From Catajapyx aquilonaris (taxonomy: Eukaryota), in contig KZ538764.1 of the NCBI GenBank assembly GCA_000934665.2, forward strand, positions 1 to 49,266: DNA of 49,266 bases, read 5' to 3'. This document shows positions 40,501-49,266 of the stretch, in pieces. The notes under the pieces were generated by a model, which worked only from the letters and a program-made list of their open reading frames with translations, was not told where the DNA came from and made no database searches. Within the stretch, counting starts at the first letter, position 1. Every line of letters begins with the position of its first letter. The position numbers and the translations under genes were made by a program.

Positions 40501-43500
40501 CTGTGAAGAAATAACGGAGTTAACACTAAGGACAGTGATGTGCACCATGACCACAGTGCCATTCACTCACATCATCCAGTCCACCTCTGTCATCTCTGCG
40601 CTTTCTATCTCGTAGCTGTAGCTGCTGTTTCTGAGTGAACTGCTTGTATGCTTCTGTCTGTCTGTACTCATTCAATTCTCTCTGGTAGCGTTCTCTGTCT
40701 TGCTCTGCAGCATCTAGATATTTCTGTTGAAGAAAATTAACATAGTTTTCTGTTTTTGTGATACCCCTTGCCACCCCTTATGGGGTATTCGGGGGGGGGT
40801 AATTGTCCCAAGCGATATTGATGTAATTCAATATTAACTGGTGCCTTGTACGAAGCGCCCGGGCCCATGGGCAGGGTAACTAGGAGGGGATGTGCAAAGT
40901 GCAGTGCGAATGACTCATATGGGTACATTTTGTGAGCTCCCCCGGGTGGTTATGTCAAGGATCACCACCCTAGACGCAGCCAGAGACGACCCAACTCTGC
41001 ACGAGATAAAGGGGGGAAAGCCCGGGCTGGGGATCGAACCCGGGACCCTTACATCCGTGGGCGCATACAGTAACACTTCTAAAGTTGAATCTCCATGGGA
41101 CCGGGAAAAAACTTCGAGTTATAGAAGATTCGAGTTAGAGAAGTTTGGATTTTTTTAAAGCACAGAAGTCTATAAGGAAGCCTACCTTTATATCCAGCGA
41201 CAAAAGGTGTTCAATACTTAGAAATTACTGTCACTATCACACTTACAATGTTCCTCGTTGTTTTGTTGTAAAAAAAATCTCTGTTGTGGACATTTGCCTA
41301 CTCTTAGATTCAATGATTCAATTGTCACAATCGAGTCAAACACTTCTTTCGGTACGTCTGGTAGATGGAGATCAGGAAATTGAGCCTTTCTGTACATGTG
41401 GCCTACTCTCGACCCTTCGGCTGGGAAAGGAGAAAATTTTCCGTACTCGCCAACATGAACTTCGACTTAGGGAGACTGAAAATGCATTGATATCCTATCG
41501 TAAGGCCCTGCCTGCACTTCGAGTTATGGAGAACTTCGAGTTATAGAAATTCGGAGTTAGGGAAGTTTATTTCCTATTATTTTACATTGCGACCAACCAA
41601 GCTCATGATTTTCTTCGACCTATAGAGAACTTCGACTTAGGTAAGTGCGACTTATAGAAGTTTTACTGTACGTTACTGCAGCGCCACTACGTCTCCCTAT
41701 TTTTAAAAATTTACATCATTAACTTCTTAATACACCAATTTTCTGAAGAAGTACAATCAAGTGGAATAAAGACATGTTTCAAGTCAAAGGGCTGCAGAAT
41801 GAAAAGGTCTAGAATCAGATGACCCTTTAATTGACATTGTTTTGGCATGGAATAAAAGTCAGGTAGTAAAACATTGGCAGCAGCATGATAGTTACACCGA
41901 TATTATAATTTTGTCATTTGCATGTGGGTACAACCGGCTTATAGCTAGACAAATAAGCAGATAATTAAAAACAAAGTTTTGGCAAAAAAAAACCTCGGCT
42001 ACTGCCTACTAACTGCATTTTATCTAGCGAAGGACCTCTTCCAGGGTAGGTTTTGGAGTGTATTGTGTGACCGGTTTTTTTTCAGTGGAGGATGCTCCTA
42101 ATAATGCCAAATGAAAAAGTTAAAACCTTTTTTTATTGTCACGAAGTTTCAGAATATATTGAGAATGATTGCTTTGAAATGCACAAATTAACAATTTTTT
42201 AAACATTTAAAATGTCCACATGCAATCCTCTAAAAATCTTCAATATTTTTATTTAACTTTTTATAGTAATGGTAGGTGACACTTATTTTTACACCTACAT
42301 ACATTCACTGAAACTGGCATTTAAAGAAACTGATGTGTGTGCACTACTAGTTGCCTACTGCAACACTCCACTTGCAAGGAAACTGAAAGGTTATCACAAT
42401 GTAAAACCAGTACTGCACAGACATTTATTTTCTTGAACATGCAACTCTAAAAATTTGATGTCACCTACCATTATGACAAAAATTTAAAATGTAGGTTATT
42501 GAGGTTACTAGTGCTTTTTTTCCAGACCCATTTCAGAAATTCCAAATATATCACTTTAATTTTTGGTTATTTGCATCTCTGACAAGCAGGTAAATACCAG
42601 GTGCCAGCTTTTCGTCCAATATTAGGAACAACCACCAATATAAAAATTATTGAGATACAAATGAAACCAATCTTTGAAGATGTCCTTATTGTGCTTGTGA
42701 GATTGCACTGTGGTTTCTTGTAACGATTGCAACAATGAAATAACAGCAAACTCTTCAGAATATTAGGGTAATTCTGACTGAAGGATTATTCACAGGGCTG
42801 GTTGTATGAATACAAATTAAGGTGAAAATCTCTGGTTATGACTAGTGATTACCTATACATATTGAAAAAAAATCCTTAATTTGTGTTGATATAGCAAGCC
42901 TTAAAACTCTGGTCCCTTTGACACTCTCATCCCTTCGTTAAAATCCCCATACCTGTTTTTCAGGCGACTGTAGCTTGCTCCATTCAGCTGCTAATATCTT
43001 CATTATTTCTGGAAATGGCAAGTTTGGATATTCGGCCCGCACTTTTTCCCTCCGATCATTCATGAATCTGACATAACCTGGAAAAGAAGCAGATAAGATA
43101 TCAGAATTGCATATCCACCGAATCCCAGTATAGAAAGTGGGAAATGAACGTATTGTGTAATCACCGAGCTGTAGACCTACTTCTTAACTTGGAGACTCAT
43201 GAGTCATAATTACAGTTATAAAAGGTGCACCAATGTGCATTGTTGCATCATTATTTCTGCAGTTGCACAACTGTGGCTCATGAGAAACAGAGTTATATTG
43301 TGTGCACTCTGCAGTACGTATAGTAAATTATACCAAACTCCCAATATATTGTCAGTGTGTGGATTATCTGTGTTGCAGCTTATAACATATAACAGACTTT
43401 TTCCATAAGACAAACAAAAAATACGGTATATGATAAGGTTTATTATTTTCATTAAACCTGATTTAAAGCAGCATATGCTATGTACAGTAGGTTGTGAAAA

Positions 43501-44580
43501 ACATGTGAATATCTCATTTTTATAGTATCTAGGACCATTCGCGGAATATTTGTTTTCAGATTTTCCGGGTGTGTGCATTCATCAGCATGAATAATCAGCA
43601 ATGCAGTGTACTTCCAGCTTTCAGATAGCAGACCCTGACACACGAGATGCTTTATGCATCATAGGAACAATGAACCCTTATCAAATATATTATCATGTAT
43701 ACAAAGGCAAATCATATGAGATGACCAGCATGAGGAGATAGGCCTGTAAATGAATCGCCCAATAGAACAAGGGCCTATATCCCAGGTAGCCTTTTTTCTT
43801 TTGGACAATTCAAATGTATTAGTCCACTATGATCTCAAAATACTGTACATATGCCCAAAATAAATATTTTATTGGCCTTAGTCACAAATATACAGTACTT
43901 CCAGAAATTTGCCTGGATATTTTGCAATATATTAAAATACTTTCAAACTGAGAATGTGCAATATTCATCCTCACTACAATAGCACCGCTCTTTCTGAAAA
44001 TAATTTTTTTCCTTTCTCCCATAAACACAACTTGCTGTTTAAAAACCGGCTCTACACACCACTGACATTTAACGATCACAAATTATTACACTTGCAGGCA
44101 AAATTAATTTTTCTGTCGACGGCTCACACTCACATGGTATGACACTATCTGACATCTGCATTCCAAAATACTCATTCAGTGTATATCCAAGCTAGGACTG
44201 GTTTTAGGGTTTTAAAATGTTCTAATTTGCACAAAAATACCGAATCCATTTTTTTTTCTCTCCCAATCAATCAATCAATGCCAATTATTCAATGGTTCGG
44301 GAATGGTCCATATGAAATCATTCTGCAATGAAAAGCCCTCACCATTAAGAGGATGCCGCGGTCCATGTTGTTCGCGGTATGTCTTCTTCCTCTTCTTTCC
44401 TTTTCCGACTACGGCCTTACCATTATTGGTGTTCGCAGGTGCCTTATTGCTCCCCTGCATCATATCTCCCATCATGGAGCTATTGCCACTCGTTCCCATC
44501 ATGTGAGACCCCTCAGTGACAGAACCAGAGGATTCTTGCACGCCAGCGGCGTATGTATTGGCGTGTTGCTCTTGGGACAT
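37407..44580 (-). CDS. HMG20A: HMG-box protein HMG20A/HMG20B-like (iBRAF/BRAF35, CoREST/BHC-associated), 316 aa: join(44580-44343,43077-42953,40723-40571,40500-40425,40356-40141,37549-37407)
   Basis: Six GT-AG exons, 951 nt in frame. HMG box [42 protein letters not shown]...[20 protein letters not shown], then [13 protein letters not shown], coiled coil [34 protein letters not shown] and C-terminus [20 protein letters not shown], all matching recalled HMG20A/B. The start codon is the first in-frame ATG and is less certain. Probably a single pro-ortholog of both vertebrate paralogs. Confidence 0.93.
39039..39261. mobile_element. hAT (Charlie-like) MITE, degraded TSD
   Basis: TIR AGTGGTTTCCAACCT / AGGTTGGAAACCACT; GCGACCCC subterminal motifs. 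Confidence 0.75.
40141..40356 (-). CDS. HMG20A: HMG20 exon 5 (coiled coil)
   Basis: ctgacag acceptor, CCAG|GTTAGC donor; [25 protein letters not shown]...FSSLPIP. Confidence 0.93.
40425..40500 (-). CDS. HMG20A: HMG20 exon 4
   Basis: ttcttcacag acceptor, A|GTTAGT donor; [25 protein letters not shown]; flanked by 70- and 68-nt introns. Confidence 0.9.
40571..40723 (-). CDS. HMG20A: HMG20 exon 3
   Basis: ttcttcaacag acceptor, GAT|GTGAGT donor; [27 protein letters not shown]. Confidence 0.93.
40790..41697 (-). mobile_element. tRNA-derived SINE interrupted between its A and B boxes by a MITE
   Basis: Removing the MITE gives GGGAGACGTAGTGGCGCTGCAGTAACGTATGCGCCC...GGGTTCGATCCCC; 3' end approximate. 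Confidence 0.65.
41068..41668. mobile_element. pogo/Tigger-like MITE
   Basis: TA-flanked TIR CAGTAA(C/A)ACTTCTA; repeated TTCGAGTTATAG/TTCGACTTAG subterminal motifs. Confidence 0.82.
42953..43077 (-). CDS. HMG20A: HMG20 exon 2 (HMG box core)
   Basis: cttttccag acceptor, CAG|GTATGG donor; [42 protein letters not shown]. Confidence 0.93.
44343..44580 (-). CDS. HMG20A: HMG20 coding exon 1 (MSQEQHANT...[20 protein letters not shown])
   Basis: basic NLS-like stretch preceding the HMG box; donor AATG|GTGAGG; 5' boundary uncertain. Confidence 0.85.
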
Positions 44581-44914
44581 TTCCCCGCAGACCGGCACCA
44601 CTTGATCAGCGCTGCGAAATTTGGTGCTCCCTCCCTTGGCAAGAATACACGGCCAACTGAGTTGCCAATTTTCCTCCTGTTCTGATTCTGGCTGTGGAAG
44701 TGATGACAAGCTTGCCCGCTAGATGATGGTCGGGCGCTAACAGCAAGGGTTGGCTTCAGAATGGGGGAAATAGATGGCGCCTGGGAGAGAGGGAATTTGA
44801 ATGGGGCCAGGATTGGAATTAAATATCTCCATCAAGATCAAGTACATAATAAAAAAAGTAGCATTGGCTTACAAATAGATCAATTCGACAATTAGACATT
44901 CCGTGTTCCGAATG

Positions 44915-47900
44915 CTAAGGGAACGCACCGAAAAGAGTGACACGCTGGGTATTAGCCATTGAAAAATCCGAGCATAAGATCTTCACGTCAATCTCCTGGA
45001 CTCGCTCTTTGTAGAGGTTCAGTATGGCAAGGTGATTTAAGCGCTGTTGACTTGTTGTACTACTCATGTATATGTCTTCAGCCGCCGAAGAGTCGAAAAG
45101 CTCCTCTCGGCTGTGGAAGAAGACGCTGGCACAACTAAGAGAAGCTTCAGCACTTGCCGCAAAGTTGGCATTAGCTGTCTTGTTGATTCAGCTGCATTTT
45201 TTATTGCCACAACAACGTCGTTGATGCTCGTGGGTACGGTCGGTATACTGTTTAGAAGCCTCCGCGCAATTGTCATGTCGATACCAAAGGCATCATTGTC
45301 GATGCCGTACTTAGCCAGAACTCCACCTGCAACAACATTCTTGTTGGCTGATTCCAGGACAGCTGACTCTAAGATTTGAAGATCCCGGATGTCCTCTTGG
45401 GCAAACCTGTTCTTAATCTGTGTAAATAGAACGTCCAGAACTTCGTAGTAAGTTTTTCGCATCATCTCCTTTGGCGACTCAAATGCTGTAGGGTGTGATG
45501 TACCGTTTTCTGCTTCAAATCTCCGCGGAACACGTCGTACGGGGGGGGGNNNNNGGGGGGGGGCTTCACAGGTGTCAGATGGAATTTGTGGCAGGCTTCT
45601 TCCATGGATTCCCACAGGACTGAGAATTCCTCCTCCGCTCTGTAGAAGATCCGTTGTGGTCCTCGCAGCTTCCATGGCAGCTCCCACCGTCCGATCAGGA
45701 GCTTCCAACACCAGCAGCGCCAACCTATCAGCAATGCCAAAAACCATTTCTCCAATGATCAGCCCCAGCCCCCAGCCCCCCAGGTACACATCTGATTTTT
45801 TTCAGCTGGATTAGCAGCCCTCCAGCACTGCAAGAAACATCCAGTCCAGCCTTGCTCAGTTCCTCAAGGGCCTGTAGAACTGCTGGGTAAGTCTTTAGAA
45901 CACTGCTGATGGCTTTGGCTCGGACTGTCCATCGGGTTGGGCACAGTCCTTTCGGGAGTACAGCTGGAACGTCCGCCATAATTATCTGCCACTATATTCA
46001 GAAAATCACTTCTCCGCTTGCTGGTTTTCAGTATGCATGCTACGTCGTGAACCCATTGAAGGATGTCTCTCATCAGAGGTATACTCCTGCTAGCGTCTTG
46101 AAGCGCCAAGTTCAAGCAGTGGTTTGTGCAGTCAACATACGCTGCGAGAGGTTGCTTCTTCTTGATCCGGGCCTGCACCCCAGTGTGTACGCCTCTCATG
46201 TTTGACGCCCCATCATGGCATTGGCCTCTCAAATTGTGAAAGGAGAGAGAGAAGCGAGTGAAACAATCCACAATGAGATATGTTAGAGATTCACTAGATG
46301 TACTCGCCGCCTCATAAAATCCAAGGAAAAATTCCTTTATGTCCAGGTGGTCAGTCACAATCCTCACAGATATGCCAACTTGTTCCTTCCTCGACACGTC
46401 AGTTGTTTCGTCCACGATGATGCTGAACACTCCAGCAGACCTAATTTGATTCAATAATATCCGCTCCCCGCGGAAGAAGAGCCTCGGTTGCTTTTTCACC
46501 TTGCAGTGAGGCAGAAAGAGACTCTCCGTCTTCGCCTCGTTATACTCAAGTCCCAATGCAGACGACCATCCTAGCAGGACAGGCTCCAGCTTAAGCCAAG
46601 TGTCCAGGATGGTGTCGGCGGAGGTGTTGGAAATCAGTAGGACCTGATAGTCCGCATAAGCCTGCACGTGCACACTGTCCACTGCACACTGCACACTGTG
46701 AGAATACTCGGTTTACACATTGACGCCTTTCCTGGTTCCCCCACATAAAGAAGACGGCGGCCAAGATACGCGGCTTATCATCCCGGCTGTGGAGCGTGGC
46801 AGGGCAACGCTGGGGGTTGGCACCTAGAAGCAGACTCCGAATATTGGCATCAGCAGTGCTGCCAATGCTGTTATATGGGGCCGAAGTTTGGGGCCACCGA
46901 ACGCGGGTGAAAGCGGTGAGAAGACACCTGTTGGCCGCTCTCCGCCCATTCCTACTGTCTGCGACAAGAACATACAAGACGACGCCTGGCCCTCTCCTCT
47001 GCGTGTTGAGCGGGACCATACCACCGGCATGGCACTGCAAGCGAAGGCCATTTGGGAAGCGAGGCAGAGGCTTCACTCCGAAGCTGGGGCGGGTATGGCG
47101 AGGCTTCCCGTTCCAGTGACTGAGTGAGGGACTCTCCGCCACCTTGGGAATGGAACAGGGCCTGATAGTGGCTTTTGGACGGAGGCGCCGACTGGGGTGG
47201 ATCTCCTGATCTTTACGGACGGATCAGTCATGGGGCGGAAAGCTGGAGGGGCTGTGGTGGTGATGGACGGAGGACAGCGAGTGGTCACCTGCGAAAACAT
47301 CCCTTTCAATGCACCGCACCGGCTGGCATCTTTGACGTGGAGCTGGCTATGATCGTGAGGGCCTTGGAGATCGCCTCCTCTTCTGCGCTGGAACATTCCG
47401 TTTGGGTAATCTCTGACTCCAAGTCAGGTCTTCAAACGGTGGTAAACCCACGCTCCACTAACGGATCGGCTCAATACGCACGTAGTCTGATGAAAGGTGC
47501 TAACAAGGACATCAGCCTCCACTGGGTTAAGGCACATCAAGGTACGCTCGGGAACGAGCTGGCTGATGAGGAAGCAAAGAAGGCGGCGCAGCTCACCGTG
47601 GGTCGCCGCTTCTTGCCCATATAGGCAAACCACATGCGAAAACGAGCATTCGACTCGCAAAGTCGCAAATGGAGGCCTGGCAGCGAGGGAATGGGAGATG
47701 GGGGCTGACTCGTGGTACTTCGGATTCCTTCCATCGGTATCTACAAATCGCCACATCCATGGCCACTTGGCCCGAATTGTGTCCGGCCACGGCCCCTTTA
47801 GGGCATACCTACACCGCTTCCATTTGGGAAAAGGAAAGAACCGGGACGAAGAGGATGGGGTTGAGGCGTGTTGTCAATGCGGAGATGGAGAGCAGACCCC

Positions 47901-48546
47901 AGCGCACATAATTTGGACTTGTGCTCTCCCCGAGATAGCCGCTGCCAGGGGAGAGCTGCGTAGAGCGGCTGTATCTGGTAATTTTGGATGGCCCTGTTCC
48001 AAGGAAGCCCTGATGAAGGAACTCCAATCCAGCTTCAACACGTTCTGCTTAACAGTGGATCACATCCTGGCCCCATTGAATTCCGGGAGCATCGGGAGGG
48101 GAAACAAAGTTTAGGAATCACTGATGGCTGAAGTTGGTGGATGACTGATTGCTAATGAAGGTGGTTGACTGATGGCGGTGGATGACTGATGACTTATGCT
48201 CTTGTAAATTGTATTCTGTTGAATTTTGTTTGAGAAATAAATGGGGAGGAAGGGCTGCAGGGCCACATATTGGCTTGGTCGACCGTCCAGAATTTCCATA
48301 TTAGCAGACCTAATTTCTTCCAAGATGCCTCTGAGAGTTGCATTTGCCGCAATCTTCAGCATCTCATTCTGAATGTCGTGCGAAGCCAGAGGCTTAGGCT
48401 GCTTCAGCCACCAATGGAGCTCTAGTACATCCCTCGACCTCAGCTTCAATAACTCCATGAAATTTCCCGTGTGCTGCTTGTCACTCTCACGCATAGCAAC
48501 ACCCTGTACTGGCTGTACGCCGAAGTAGATTGCGGTTGTGAAAATT
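44915..48546 (-). pseudogene. Decayed hAT-superfamily transposase (ZMYM1/FAM200-like, DUF4371 plus C-terminal dimerisation domain), frameshifted and split by a LINE
   Basis: Motifs GNFMELLKL, SHDIQNEML, FSIIVDETTDVSRKEQ, GQCHDGASNM, CTNHCLNL, CPTRW, PASSSTAERSFSTLRRLKT and RLNHLAIL lie across several frames. Removing 46448-48316 rejoins EEIRSA|GVFSIIVDE. TIRs not found. Confidence 0.9.
46448..48302 (+). mobile_element. 5'-truncated, 5'-inverted non-LTR retrotransposon (R1/LOA-like, I group) with RT remnant, RNase H and C-terminal CCHC
   Basis: 14-bp TSD AGCAGACCTAATTT at 46434-46447 and 48303-48316. Plus strand: TVRILGLHID, LPMLLYGAEVWG, RNase H (IFTDGS...SDSKS...WVKAHQGTLGNELADEEAK), SGHGPFRAYLHRF, CQCGDGEQTPAHIIWTC. 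Minus strand 46448-~46680: RT segment QAYADY. Frameshifts present. Confidence 0.92.
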
Positions 48547-49266
48547 GTGTCATCAACTAAACGTGATTAACCCAAGTCAGTTGACGTTAAAGTTTTCCAA
48601 TCACCCAAGCCACCAGAAATGATACTGACAAGTGTTCACAGTATATAAAAAGGTTTATTTAGGAGGACACTCAGAATACAGACATAGGGTTGTCTGGTTT
48701 AAACACAATTAGAAGACTAACAAACGTTGGTTACTTACACTGATGGAGCTTCTTGTAGAGTCGTCCGACTGGAGAGAGAGAGCTCAAGAGAGGCGGAAGA
48801 CGCTTTATATAGGGACCGTTTGCCCTTCAGATCAAGTAAAATCCACGTGCGTTACCTATATTAGCCTTGACTATGAAACCAATATGGACGGTACACCCGT
48901 TGTACCTGTAGAATTTTATGATAAAAAGTTGACCTCGGTTCGTCCTTGAACAATACTAGAAGAGCACTGTTCCACTCGTGTGTAAATGTTACTTATAGAA
49001 AACAACATGGCACCCTCCGTGACAAATCACCTCTCTCTCCGGAAGAAATGATGGCCAGCGCCATAATTTCTTCATTGGCGTTCATAGATAATATATATAT
49101 AATAATAATAATAATAATAACAAGGCAGAGATTGACCAAAAGAGTACATAACAAAACCGTTAAAGGACCTATGTTCTTCACGGCCGCTTCTTCGGCTCAC
49201 GGACCTTCCACACCCTCCGTGATCCCGGCTGACGTCTAGTTCCATACGGATGTTCGCTATGGTCTC

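Overview
Eukaryotic animal genomic DNA, probably an arthropod or other protostome (Daughterless-type N-terminus, TTAGG-like repeats), with two larger N gaps. Two spliced minus-strand protein genes were reconstructed by hand. The first is a complete 6-coding-exon HMG20A/B (iBRAF/BRAF35-like) gene at 44580->37407 (316 aa). The second is the first five coding exons (100 aa) of a daughterless/E-protein (TCF3/4/12-like) bHLH gene at 15873->13130; no further exon was found, so 1-13129 is probably a large intron. The rest is rich in transposons: hAT, Tc1/mariner/pogo, Sola2-like and EnSpm-like non-autonomous elements, a Helitron, tRNA-derived SINEs, a decayed Tc1 transposase, and a decayed hAT transposase. 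That hAT transposase is split by an RNase H-bearing non-LTR retrotransposon with a 14-bp TSD and a clean 5' inversion (twin-priming signature). Other highlights are a 24x18-bp indel-free array in the daughterless intron that can be read as a Trp-every-6 (GW/WG-rich) ORF, an E-box cluster inside the E-protein gene, and HMG20/E-protein linkage that mirrors human HMG20A/TCF12 and HMG20B/TCF3. All family assignments are from recalled motifs, not database searches.
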